A stretch of DNA of 44,638 nucleotides from the IMG/VR virus record IMGVR_UViG_3300037692_000212, positions 1 through 44,638 of that record. One strand, written 5' to 3'. The translations under genes were made by a program, and so were the position numbers. This stretch comes from a virus. Lineage: Duplodnaviria > Caudoviricetes. Under the pieces are notes generated by a model. That model was not told the DNA's origin, ran no database searches, and saw nothing but the letters and a program-made list of their open reading frames with translations. Every line of letters begins with the position of its first letter. The stretch's first letter is position 1. Below are positions 1 to 8,220 of the stretch, in pieces.

Positions 1-201
1 TCCTCCGACACCATCGCAAACACGGCACTGTTCTGCCCCGACCATGCGCGCCTCTCCGATGGGCAATATGGCGGGCACGGCCGCCAATGGTATGAAGATG
101 AGCTCTGGCGGATCGGGTGTGTCGCCGAGGATGGGGCGTGGCAGATCGCCGAGACCCTCATCGAAAGGATCGGGCAGGCCCGGAAAGGGAGGCTCAAGTG
201 A
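1..201 (+). CDS. Partial (5'-truncated) protein, HNH-like C-terminal half
   Basis: Frame 1 is open from base 1: SSDTIANTALFCPDHARLSDG...GRLK*. D-x2-N-x4-C-x2-H resembles the end of an HNH fold. The stop overlaps the WhiB start (GTGA). Confidence 0.55.
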   Translation, partial: SSDTIANTALFCPDHARLSDGQYGGHGRQWYEDELWRIGCVAEDGAWQIAETLIERIGQARKGRLK

Positions 202-497
202 CGAAGCGTTTGAACCCCCCCAGCTTGCAGGCTGAGTGGCGAAACGATGCTGCCTGCAAAGGACAGACCGACCTGTTCATGTCCGGGATGCGGGGCGACG
301 TTGCCAAGGCCCGGGCCATCTGTGACCTATGCCCGGTCAGGGTCGAATGCCTCGAATGGGCGCTCACCGAACCGCAACTCTTCTGGGGAATATGGGCCGG
401 TTACACGCCCGGGCAACTGTCGAGGCTCCGAACCAAGCTCGGCGTCACCACCATACGTCGACCGTCGCTATATGCCGTCTCCGGGAGAGTCACCTGA
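198..497 (+). CDS. whiB: WhiB family Fe-S transcription regulator
   Basis: W...AAC...DLF...A.AICDLCPVRVECLEWAL...GIWAG.T: four Cys plus GIWxG turn. GGAGG lies before GTG 198. Confidence 0.93.
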   Translation: MTKRLNPPSLQAEWRNDAACKGQTDLFMSGMRGDVAKARAICDLCPVRVECLEWALTEPQLFWGIWAGYTPGQLSRLRTKLGVTTIRRPSLYAVSGRVT

Positions 498-583
498 AAC
501 GCGAAGCAGGGCCAGCCACACAGGAGGGGGCCGACCCTGCTACGATCGCGACTTACCATCGTCTAGTGGAGGAGTGTACACCA

Positions 584-1891
584 GTGTCTAACCCGGTGCT
601 ACCGGTCACCGACCATCAAGCCGCGGTGGATGTCGGTGAACCGTTCGGCTGGACAGTTACCCCCATCGACCAGGTCGAAGTCACCTACCAATGGCTCGCC
701 TATTTAGTGACGGTCTCGTGGCCGGAACGTACCCGCTCCGACACCATCTCCTCGACAGTCGAGGTGGTCCGTCTCGATGTGCGGCCACCCCGCCTCGTCT
801 GGTCACCCACCCGCATCAACTGGCTATCAGCCACCGCCAAAACCTCCCTTATCCGTAGCCTCCAGACAGTCGACAAAGGCATCGCACACGTCGACGAGTT
901 CGTGCACCGCATCGCTGCCGACATCATCCGCCGCTACAGGCAAGGCGGCACCTCCACAGTCCCGGCCCCCCGCCGCCAAAACGGGGCCAGATACACCCTC
1001 TACCCGCTCTGGCCATCCATCGGCGGCACCCTCGTGTCGGCCGCGACCAACAGCTTCAAATCGTGGATCGGGATCGCCGCAGCCGTGCAATGCACCCTCG
1101 GTGTCGAGGTGCTCACCGGCAACACCAGCAAACCAACCCCACAGACCGCCTACTACTTGGATTGGGAAACCGACGAGCAGACGTTCGCTGAACGCCTCTA
1201 CGCCGTACTCGAGGGGGCAGGGCAACCACTCGAGCCATGTGTCGCCTATCGGCAAATGTTGGCCCCGTTGGCAGACACAGCCGAGTCTGTAGCAGGAGAG
1301 ATTGCACGAAACGGCTACGGAGCTGTGATAGTGGATTCACTCTCGGCAGCTATCGGCGGGTCGCTGAATGATGATGAGCCCGCTCGCCAGTTCTGGAACT
1401 CGCTGACATCGCTGCGGGTACCCGTCCTCGTCCTGGCCCACAAGTCATCTGAGGCGATCCGCAAAGGGTGGAAACAGCCGTTCGGTTCCGTCCAGCACCG
1501 GAACCGGCCACGCATGATTTGGGACGCCGTACGTCAGGAAGGTGAACCGTTGGTGCGGTGGGAAGTCGTCGACGACAACAACAGCGGCCGCAAAGGCCAA
1601 CGGTTGGCGTGGCGTATCGACATCGCCACCGAAGGTGAGCATGAGGATCAGCGACTCTCCACAGTCACCTTCTCCGGGGTCAACCCCAACGACGTCCGGA
1701 TCGCAGCAAACGACGGCGACACTCTCGCCGACAAGATCGCCTACGCACTCATCAACGGACCGGCGACCCCGAAAGAGCTCGCCGAACAGGTCGGTATCAC
1801 CGACTCGTCGGTGCGGAAGGTCCTGTCCCGCTACCCGGACCTGTTCACGAAAGACCCGGACGGGTTCCGGTGGACGCTCAAAACCCACTGA
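584..1891 (+). CDS. AAA/RecA-fold (AAA_25/RepA-like) replication helicase-like protein with C-terminal winged HTH
   Basis: Degenerate Walker A (AATNSFKS), YYLDWE, Walker B (AVIVDSLS), LVLAH, PFGS; C-terminal TPKELAEQVGITDSSVRKVLSR. GGAGGAG precedes GTG 584. Confidence 0.75.
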   Translation: MSNPVLPVTDHQAAVDVGEPFGWTVTPIDQVEVTYQWLAYLVTVSWPERTRSDTISSTVEVVRLDVRPPRLVWSPTRINWLSATAKTSLIRSLQTVDKGIAHVDEFVHRIAADIIRRYRQGGTSTVPAPRRQNGARYTLYPLWPSIGGTLVSAATNSFKSWIGIAAAVQCTLGVEVLTGNTSKPTPQTAYYLDWETDEQTFAERLYAVLEGAGQPLEPCVAYRQMLAPLADTAESVAGEIARNGYGAVIVDSLSAAIGGSLNDDEPARQFWNSLTSLRVPVLVLAHKSSEAIRKGWKQPFGSVQHRNRPRMIWDAVRQEGEPLVRWEVVDDNNSGRKGQRLAWRIDIATEGEHEDQRLSTVTFSGVNPNDVRIAANDGDTLADKIAYALINGPATPKELAEQVGITDSSVRKVLSRYPDLFTKDPDGFRWTLKTH

Positions 1892-1907
1892 TACCTTCCA
1901 GTTTTTA

Positions 1908-2064
1908 CGCGCGACAGCCCGCGCGACACGCTTTCCGCGACATGCGCGCGACACACCCCCAGAAACCCCCCGTATCTATTGGGCGCGACATGTCGCGCGA
2001 CATGTCGCGAAGGCAACGCGCGACATCAGGGGTTCTATACCCTGATGGCGTCGCGCGTCGCGCG
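1908..2064. repeat. Iteron-like CGCGACA direct/inverted repeat array, putative replication origin
   Basis: About ten (CG)CGCGACA / TGTCGCG units plus the inverted repeat CATCAGGG-N8-CCCTGATG, immediately after the replication gene. Confidence 0.6.
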
Positions 2065-2086
2065 GCAAAGCAACGGCAGGTAAAGA

Positions 2087-2248
2087 ATGGTTAGACGTCG
2101 GAAGTTGAGAAGGCATACAGACGGGCAGCTAGCAGACATTTCCGATCGGTGTGCTGCCTCAGTGATGAGACGTGGGGAGTTGTTTCCTGACCGTTGCCGT
2201 CGTGCTCGGCTGCGAGGATCTGCCTTCTGTCGACAACACCAACCCTAA
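2087..2248 (+). CDS. Small basic CCCH zinc-finger-like protein (53 aa; not in ORF track)
   Basis: MVRRRKLRR...RCAASVMRRGELFPDRCRRARLRGSAFCRQHQP*. Confidence 0.55.
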   Translation: MVRRRKLRRHTDGQLADISDRCAASVMRRGELFPDRCRRARLRGSAFCRQHQP

Positions 2249-2262
2249 GTGTAAATACTCTA

Positions 2263-2291
2263 TTGACAGTCGAAGGCTCGACGTGCAAGAT
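2263..2291 (+). promoter_or_regulatory. SigA-type promoter with an imperfect inverted repeat over the -35
   Basis: TTGACA-N17-CAAGAT; dyad AGTGTAAATA-CTC-TATTGACAGT; AAGGAG RBS downstream. Confidence 0.6.
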
Positions 2292-2314
2292 GGGGACCGA
2301 CAACAAGGAGAACC

Positions 2315-2710
2315 ATGATTGACCAACCGACGGATGTCAACCTTGGCGGAGATCGCTCAACGCCTGAACTCCATCACGAAAGGCACCACATGACACACGA
2401 CACGATCGACCGGCTCTTAGAGCTCATCGACAAGATGCGGGACGACATCGCAGCAGACGAGCGGGCGAAGATACACGACGCCATCAGGGATCTGTGGTTC
2501 GCCGCCGTGCTAACCGGCAGCGCAACCCAGGACGACACCTACACCTATCTCGCGGTCGTACTCACCTATTCGGCGCTCGAGTCCGACACTGAAAGGGCCG
2601 TCGCATGGACGGTCAAGCAATGGCGCCAAGACGCAGCCGCTAGCGCCTCCACATCCCGAGCCTCCATCATCAATGCTTATGCCGACGCCCTTGAACGGAG
2701 CATCACATGA
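2315..2710 (+). CDS. Hypothetical protein (alternative start 2390)
   Basis: AAGGAG RBS; ATGA overlap with the next gene. Confidence 0.6.
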   Translation: MIDQPTDVNLGGDRSTPELHHERHHMTHDTIDRLLELIDKMRDDIAADERAKIHDAIRDLWFAAVLTGSATQDDTYTYLAVVLTYSALESDTERAVAWTVKQWRQDAAASASTSRASIINAYADALERSIT

Positions 2711-3609
2711 GACACCTACTCGCAGCGTTTGCCGCTGTCATCCTGGTCATTGCCCCCGCGGTGATGATCCCACCATCCGCCGACGCAGCCACCGGACAGA
2801 TCGTCATCCCCCACATGTGGCTATGTGTCGACGGGGTCGACCCGTCGCTCCCCTGCCAGCACGTCGACGGCCCCACCTATCAGGTGTGGTCCGGGCCGAT
2901 GCCCGTCGTCGGCGAGATGTGCACCGTCGGGGCGGTCGGCAACAACGAGTCGGTGCATCCCGGCACTGATCTGATCCTGACGTCGGGTGGCCAGTCGGTC
3001 ACCATGGTCGATGTGGAGCGGGCAGTGGGGGCAGACACGCCAGCCGACGGGACGATACTCACAGGGGAGACGGGCAGCATCGATGTCAGGTTCGGCCGCG
3101 ACGGGCAAGCCTCGCTCGACTTTGTGATCACGTTCGACTGCACACCGCCGACCACGACTACGGGAGGGACGACATCCACCACCACCACAACGAGCACAAC
3201 CACGACGGCCGCTGGGTCAACGACTTCTTCGACGACAACATCGACCACACCACCGACCACGACCACGACTTCCACCACCACCACAACGTCGCCGGGCACT
3301 ACCTCATCTGCCCCAACGACGACTGTGCCTTTGACGTCTACATCCACGACTTCGACTACAACGCCGAAGACGACGACCACAAGTTCGGCCCCGCCGAACA
3401 CGAGCACGACACTGGCCCCGACGACAAGTACCACGGCAACGACCCAACCAGTCGTGACAGTGGTGAGTGATCCGCCGCCGACGACCGGACCGCCAACCGA
3501 GCTACCAGCCACCGGGTTCTCGAGTATGGCTGCGGTGGCGTTTGGGACGTTGCTGCTGCTCGCCGGGGCCGGGATGGTTGTCGGGACACGGATAAGGGGC
3601 AGGCGATGA
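2707..3609 (+). CDS. Secreted, sortase-anchored (LPxTG) surface protein with Thr/Ser/Pro-rich stalk
   Basis: N-terminal signal peptide (ADA site), Cys-containing beta domain, long poly-Thr linker, ELPATG + hydrophobic helix + RIRGRR tail. Confidence 0.85.
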   Translation: MRHLLAAFAAVILVIAPAVMIPPSADAATGQIVIPHMWLCVDGVDPSLPCQHVDGPTYQVWSGPMPVVGEMCTVGAVGNNESVHPGTDLILTSGGQSVTMVDVERAVGADTPADGTILTGETGSIDVRFGRDGQASLDFVITFDCTPPTTTTGGTTSTTTTTSTTTTAAGSTTSSTTTSTTPPTTTTTSTTTTTSPGTTSSAPTTTVPLTSTSTTSTTTPKTTTTSSAPPNTSTTLAPTTSTTATTQPVVTVVSDPPPTTGPPTELPATGFSSMAAVAFGTLLLLAGAGMVVGTRIRGRR

Positions 3610-3809
3610 CGAGTGACGAGATTGCCCGCCTCGCAGCCGCATACCGGGACGCCACCGACGCAGCCGAGGACGCCCCCACCCGACGAGCCGTCGCCGTAGC
3701 CGAGATGCACGACTCAGGCCTCAGCTACAGCGAGATTGGGGCACTCATCGGAGTCACCCGGCAACGCGTCGCGGTGCTCGCCAAACGCGGAAGGGACCTG
3801 AGGGACTAA
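3606..3809 (+). CDS. Small HTH DNA-binding protein
   Basis: GLSYSEIGALIGVTRQRV helix-turn-helix. Confidence 0.8.
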   Translation: MTSDEIARLAAAYRDATDAAEDAPTRRAVAVAEMHDSGLSYSEIGALIGVTRQRVAVLAKRGRDLRD

Positions 3810-4138
3810 TGGCACACCCCCCACTAACCGAACGGCAACTCCTCGACTCCATCGGAGACCTCCTCGACCATCACGGCCTACTGTGGGACCACTTCCGGCC
3901 GGCAAGAACACAACACGGATGGGTCACACCGTTGCAAGGCCACAAAGGCGCCCCGGATCTACGCATCGTCGGGACGCGCCTCATCCATGCCGAACTGAAA
4001 TCGGACAAAGGGAAGCTCGGAGACGAGCAATCTGTGTGGCTGAACGCTTTGCGTGCGGCCGGGGCCGAGGTATATGTGTGGCGTCCGTCTGACTGGTGGG
4101 ACGGGACGATTGATCGAGTGCTAGAGACGTTGACATGA
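3809..4138 (+). CDS. VRR-NUC (PD-(D/E)xK) nuclease
   Basis: KGAPDL...AELKSDKGKL...Q..WL..L...G.EVYVWRPSD. Confidence 0.88.
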   Translation: MAHPPLTERQLLDSIGDLLDHHGLLWDHFRPARTQHGWVTPLQGHKGAPDLRIVGTRLIHAELKSDKGKLGDEQSVWLNALRAAGAEVYVWRPSDWWDGTIDRVLETLT

Positions 4139-4356
4139 TGACTCTCCGCTGTGGCCTCGACTGTGGCCTCGGCTGTGACCCGATCCGCATCGACCATATC
4201 CCCGACCCGGAAATGCTCATCACCTACATCGAGGCGCACGGTGTGACACACGGACGGGACTGGCGGATGCTCGCCATCGACATCGTATCGGACGTCTACA
4301 GCGACACACTGGCGGCGGCACTGATCCGACAGATCAAGGAGGCAGACGATGAGTAG
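4135..4356 (+). CDS. Hypothetical protein
   Basis: ORF translationally coupled on both sides. Confidence 0.55.
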   Translation: MMTLRCGLDCGLGCDPIRIDHIPDPEMLITYIEAHGVTHGRDWRMLAIDIVSDVYSDTLAAALIRQIKEADDE

Positions 4357-4561
4357 GGCAGCCTTCGCCGTCTGTCCACACGGCGTACGGATCGCTGGGC
4401 ATCGCATAAATCCCGAGAGGTTAGACGCTGATCAGGCGTCTGTGGCGTGGGCGATGGAAGGGGCCCCATTGGGGTCACACAGCGAGATTGTCGAGGCGGA
4501 AACGCTCCCCCCAATCCAGATGTGTGGCCCCTGCATTCAGAAGCGAGGAGACAGACCATGA
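4349..4561 (+). CDS. Hypothetical protein (CPH...CGPC)
   Basis: GGAGG RBS; coupled overlaps. Confidence 0.55.
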   Translation: MSRAAFAVCPHGVRIAGHRINPERLDADQASVAWAMEGAPLGSHSEIVEAETLPPIQMCGPCIQKRGDRP

Positions 4562-4752
4562 GTGTCGACCCGGCCGTCTGCGCCGTCCTCGACCTGGTGC
4601 GTCGTGTCACCGACACTGAGCAGCAGATCGACGCTGTACACACCGCATGGACCGGACTGCCACACGTCGACAAGGTGTGGCTGGGGGAGAGATGTCCCGA
4701 CCTGGTCGATGCGCTGGTACGGATACGGCCTCCTGGAGAGCGCGAAAACTAA
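4558..4752 (+). CDS. Hypothetical protein
   Basis: GAGGAG RBS; ATGA overlap. Confidence 0.55.
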   Translation: MSVDPAVCAVLDLVRRVTDTEQQIDAVHTAWTGLPHVDKVWLGERCPDLVDALVRIRPPGEREN

Positions 4753-4757
4753 CCCCA

Positions 4758-4795
4758 CATATGTACTAGACAGGCTCTAGCACATATGATATGTT
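4758..4795 (+). promoter_or_regulatory. Promoter overlapped by a 13-bp inverted repeat (operator candidate)
   Basis: TAGACA-N17-TATGTT; CATATGTACTAGA-caggc-TCTAGCACATATG with one mismatch. Confidence 0.6.
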
Positions 4796-4831
4796 GAGGG
4801 TATGGGACAGCACAACAAAGGAGCAGCCACC

Positions 4832-5041
4832 ATGCAGACCACCCGCACACTCGAAGAAACCGCAAAGCTCGCAGACCGCTACGGCTGGCGGTGGGCCACA
4901 TCAGACCAAGCCCTCACCGTCCTCGGTCACATCAACGGATTTGTCGCCTACGAGAAGGGACTCACCAGCGACAAGCATTTCCTCGACCCGGCTGACGCCG
5001 CTGCCATCACCGTCATCGACCACGGCAGTGTGCGGCGATGA
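4832..5041 (+). CDS. Hypothetical protein (alternative leaderless start 4802)
   Basis: AAGGAG RBS before ATG 4832. Confidence 0.6.
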   Translation: MQTTRTLEETAKLADRYGWRWATSDQALTVLGHINGFVAYEKGLTSDKHFLDPADAAAITVIDHGSVRR

Positions 5042-5343
5042 CCACCGACACCGACATCATCACCACCCTCGCAGGCGTCGCTAAAGGCGCCTGGCAGATC
5101 GAGATCGCAGCCGCGCTCCTCGCCGGCCAAACCGTCGGACCATTCGGCGGACGCCCCAAAGACGGGGAACGCTGGAGGCTCACCGGCAACGCAGCCAAAT
5201 ACGGGCAGCACTACCGGCGCTCACTGCTCGCCCTCATCGACGCATTCGAACAGCACGGCTACCGAGTCGTACACACGCCCGGACCCCGCGGAGGCACATC
5301 ATGGGAGAGCGGCACCTACCACCTGGAGGTCAACAATGGGTAA
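5038..5343 (+). CDS. Hypothetical protein
   Basis: Coupled ORF. Confidence 0.6.
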   Translation: MTTDTDIITTLAGVAKGAWQIEIAAALLAGQTVGPFGGRPKDGERWRLTGNAAKYGQHYRRSLLALIDAFEQHGYRVVHTPGPRGGTSWESGTYHLEVNNG

Positions 5344-5584
5344 GCCCTGGAAGGCCACCATGGTCTGCCGCTATTGCGGTCACAGAAAGCATTGGCACAC
5401 CGGACGGCCGGAATCAGCGTGCGTAGCAGTAGACGGAGCGATCGTGAGTGAAGCGTATCTGTGCGACTGCCTCGAATGGCAGTACGGCGTCAACGCCGAC
5501 AAGCTGCCCATACCGCCAGACGACGAATCAGAAGCGGACGAGTACTTCGGCGAGAGAGCCGACCACCTAGAGGAGACACCATGA
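5336..5584 (+). CDS. Small Cys/His metal-binding protein
   Basis: CRYCGHRKHWH...C...CDC; GGAGG RBS. Confidence 0.6.
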   Translation: MGKPWKATMVCRYCGHRKHWHTGRPESACVAVDGAIVSEAYLCDCLEWQYGVNADKLPIPPDDESEADEYFGERADHLEETP

Positions 5585-5790
5585 CACACGCACCATCATC
5601 GACCCGCACCGACTCGCACACGCCCGGAGGCAGCACAGCCGAACGCCTATTCGACCTGCTTGTCTGCGACTGTCGCACCTGCACCATCCGGCGACACAAC
5701 CCCCGCGCCTGGGTCCAGGCGAAACGGGGGTCACGGACCCCGCCGTTGTCCCCGAGGGCCAAGACGTCGAAAGGATGGGTGACACGATGA
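5581..5790 (+). CDS. Hypothetical protein (CDCRTC)
   Basis: GAGGAG RBS; ATGA overlap. Confidence 0.5.
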   Translation: MTHAPSSTRTDSHTPGGSTAERLFDLLVCDCRTCTIRRHNPRAWVQAKRGSRTPPLSPRAKTSKGWVTR

Positions 5791-5990
5791 CCCCCGAGAT
5801 GGACATGATCTTGAGGCTACTCAGCCGCAACCTAGAACTGAGCCGACGGGACCCGGACGCCGAGGGTCTGATAGGCGAAGAGGTCAAGCCAGAGGTCGCC
5901 CGCGTATGGCTCCAGGGGTACAGCTATGGGCTCCGCCATGCCGCCGACGAGATCACCCGACTGAGACGAGCACTGGAGGGGACCGAATGA
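5787..5990 (+). CDS. Hypothetical protein
   Basis: Coupled ORF. Confidence 0.6.
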   Translation: MTPEMDMILRLLSRNLELSRRDPDAEGLIGEEVKPEVARVWLQGYSYGLRHAADEITRLRRALEGTE

Positions 5991-6667
5991 CCAAGACCCC
6001 CTATTACAAGGCTACTCGCCCCGACGGCACCGACTTTTGGACAGGGACAGTGCTCTATCAGGTCGGTGAGCGCACCACGCATCCGACATCGACACGCCGC
6101 ACAAAGGACGAGCCGGCCACCTACCTGTCGGTGTCGACTGTGCCGACCGATTGCACAGGGATGAAATGGCCGTGCCGCCTGTTCGCCGTTCACGGGGTCG
6201 GCAGAGCCATGACATCGGAGAGGCTGCCGAACAAACGGGCATTCCTCTCTGTCGACGTGATTGAGGAACTCCCCGCTTATCAGGTGTTCGGCCCGCAGGG
6301 TGAACATATGGCGGCGCTGATTGAGCGGGCGGAGCGACTAACAGCCGCCGAGATAGATCAACTGGCCGCCGCCGCCTGGGCCGCCGGTAGGGACGCCGCC
6401 AGGGACGCCGCCAGGGACGCCGCCAGGGACGCCGCCTGGGCCGCCGCCTGGGCCGCCGCCTGGGCCGCCGCCTGGGCCGCCGCCTGGGCCGCCGCCTGGG
6501 CCGCCGCCTGGGCCGCCGCCTGGGCCGCTAGGGACGCCGCCAAGGCGCTTATAGTTGCTGACCTTATCGGTCAGCACGGTTTCACGCAGGCACACTACGA
6601 CCTGTTGGTCGGTCCGTGGGAGTCGGTGATCGGGCCGGTGATGCCCAACGACGGGAGTGCATCATGA
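5987..6667 (+). CDS. Phage protein with AAWA/AARD tetrapeptide repeats
   Basis: YYKATRPDGTDF N-terminal domain followed by tandem AARD/AAWA; GGAGG RBS. Confidence 0.8.
   Translation: MTKTPYYKATRPDGTDFWTGTVLYQVGERTTHPTSTRRTKDEPATYLSVSTVPTDCTGMKWPCRLFAVHGVGRAMTSERLPNKRAFLSVDVIEELPAYQVFGPQGEHMAALIERAERLTAAEIDQLAAAAWAAGRDAARDAARDAARDAAWAAAWAAAWAAAWAAAWAAAWAAAWAAAWAARDAAKALIVADLIGQHGFTQAHYDLLVGPWESVIGPVMPNDGSAS
6365..6541 (+). repeat. 12-bp coding tandem repeat (GCCGCCTGGGCC / GCCGCCAGGGAC)
   Basis: Tandem array directly visible in the sequence. Confidence 0.95.
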
Positions 6668-6912
6668 TGCCCTACACGTACCCCATCGACCACCTCCCCG
6701 ACGCACCTACCCCCGGCGACTGTGCCAGAGACGAGGCGCTCGCCGCATTCTGGACGCATGATCCGCGTCTCATCGCAGAGTCGGGACTGGACGAGCTCTG
6801 GACCGACGACATGGGTAACGGGGTTATCCGTGGCGAGGACTATGAGATCATCGGGTGGTGGCATGTGGTTGAAGTGACATGGGAGCAGATGGAGCAGGAG
6901 AGGGGCATGTGA
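6664..6912 (+). CDS. Hypothetical acidic protein
   Basis: GGGAG RBS; ATGA overlap. Confidence 0.55.
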   Translation: MMPYTYPIDHLPDAPTPGDCARDEALAAFWTHDPRLIAESGLDELWTDDMGNGVIRGEDYEIIGWWHVVEVTWEQMEQERGM

Positions 6913-7013
6913 TGTGGGTGACTGTGATCGCAGCCGTGGCCAGTGCCGTGTTGGTGTTTGCGATGGCGTTGCTGTGGGCAGCGGCAGATGAAGGCGAGGC
7001 AGACGATGAGTGA
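6912..7013 (+). CDS. Small membrane peptide (33 aa; not in ORF track)
   Basis: MWVTVIAAVASAVLVFAMALLWAAADEGEADDE*, coupled on both sides. Confidence 0.6.
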   Translation: MWVTVIAAVASAVLVFAMALLWAAADEGEADDE

Positions 7014-7197
7014 GCAGAGCAAAGGGGTCGAGTGGAACCCGGCGACGAAAGAGTTGACTGTCCGATTCGCCACCGATAATCCGGCTGAGCAGATAGTGGC
7101 GATTGCTAAGGCGTTACTCGAACGGGGTTGGTACTACCAGTGGGCGGACCTGACACGGCTGGCAGAAACGATTGTCGAGGAGGCAGACGATGAGTGA
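7006..7197 (+). CDS. Hypothetical protein
   Basis: GAGG RBS; 8-bp overlap. Confidence 0.6.
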   Translation: MSEQSKGVEWNPATKELTVRFATDNPAEQIVAIAKALLERGWYYQWADLTRLAETIVEEADDE

Positions 7198-7537
7198 CAC
7201 ACCGAACCTGCCGAGCCGAGAAGAAGCGGCCGAGACGCTAGACATCTACAACTCGGTGCCTTACGACCCCGACGACATCGATGATTGCCGGGCCGCTGCG
7301 TTGCTTGAAGCCCGAGCCGACGGCGTCCTCCTCACCCGCGAAGAAGCTGTCATTGACCTTATGGTGCAAAGGAAAGTCATGGAAATGTTCTCCGCAAAAT
7401 GTGACGGGAAAGGGAACGAGATGGAGGACTCACTAACTGCGCTTGGTATCCCCGGCGGCGAGGTCACGGTTGGCCCCTGCCCCGGCGGATATGTGATTCC
7501 TCGTCTTCCTTGTGTTGAGGAGACCGTCGATGAATGA
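7190..7537 (+). CDS. Hypothetical protein
   Basis: GGAGG RBS; 8-bp overlap. Confidence 0.6.
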   Translation: MSDTPNLPSREEAAETLDIYNSVPYDPDDIDDCRAAALLEARADGVLLTREEAVIDLMVQRKVMEMFSAKCDGKGNEMEDSLTALGIPGGEVTVGPCPGGYVIPRLPCVEETVDE

Positions 7538-7712
7538 CCTCCTCCGCACCGCCCGCCAAGCCGCATGGCAACACGACAACATGACATACCCGGCACGTTG
7601 GTGGACGGCAGCCCGGGCAGCACATGACCACATTGCCTATCAATGGCGGCTGGGGTGGCTCGTGCTACCACACACAATCGAGATTGAGGAGCTGACGCTA
7701 TGGCAAACGTGA
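7530..7712 (+). CDS. Hypothetical protein
   Basis: GAGGAG RBS. Confidence 0.55.
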   Translation: MNDLLRTARQAAWQHDNMTYPARWWTAARAAHDHIAYQWRLGWLVLPHTIEIEELTLWQT

Positions 7713-8143
7713 AGCGACGCAAACTGTGGGCGTTGACCGCCGGGTCCTACTCCGACTACCAGGTCCACGCACTATTTCCCACCAAGAAACTAGCCGAGGC
7801 CGGGGTGGAGGCACACAACAAGGACAAGGAGGCATGGATCGAGGGCGCTCAGGTCGAAACGCTCTACCTCTACGACGAGGTGCCCGAGCCGACCACCTCG
7901 TGGAAGTATCAAGCCGAACTGTGGGACGACGGGTTGACCACCAACGAGTATTTAGATTCGACCACCGCGCTGCCGTGGAATCACCTGCGGGGTGAGGCGC
8001 CAAAACGGCCCAAAGTCCGGTACGTGCGCGCCCCGATCTATAACAACAAGGGCGGACGGTTAGAGGTATACGGGTCGGACGAGCAGGCCGTGAAACAGGC
8101 CTTTTCCGACAACAAGGCTCGGATACGGGACGGCCAACAATGA
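7700..8143 (+). CDS. Hypothetical phage protein (GSYSDY motif)
   Basis: GAGGAG RBS; LWALTAGSYSDYQVHALF..K..AE N-terminus. Confidence 0.7.
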   Translation: MANVKRRKLWALTAGSYSDYQVHALFPTKKLAEAGVEAHNKDKEAWIEGAQVETLYLYDEVPEPTTSWKYQAELWDDGLTTNEYLDSTTALPWNHLRGEAPKRPKVRYVRAPIYNNKGGRLEVYGSDEQAVKQAFSDNKARIRDGQQ

Positions 8144-8220
8144 GCGGCTTTTTCCTCGAAGCGGCTTTCAACGCGGCGCTGCTGCTCATCGGCTTCTGGC
8201 TGGGTCGCCGATGGCGATGA
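8140..8220 (+). CDS. Small hydrophobic peptide (26 aa)
   Basis: MSGFFLEAAFNAALLLIGFWLGRRWR*, ATGA overlaps at both ends. Confidence 0.5.
   Translation: MSGFFLEAAFNAALLLIGFWLGRRWR

Noticed and set aside
329-583. Long N-terminal extensions in the ORF track (329, 11432, 13864, 15339, 17136, 37858)
   Set aside because: They overlap better-supported genes or the tRNA; downstream starts have an RBS or coupling.
1908-2064. Repeat array as a CRISPR or mini-array
   Set aside because: Units are 7-9 bp, irregularly spaced and in both orientations; there are no spacers or cas genes.
2090-2250. Structured ncRNA or hammerhead ribozyme (several short hairpins, GTGATGAG)
   Set aside because: No CUGANGA/GAAA core; the region is explained by a 53-aa CCCH ORF.
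2880-3710. 276-aa Val-rich - strand ORF
   Set aside because: Antisense shadow of the poly-Thr codons of the LPxTG protein.
6338-6595. GGGP- and AAAQ-repeat - strand ORFs
   Set aside because: Shadows of the 12-bp tandem repeat.
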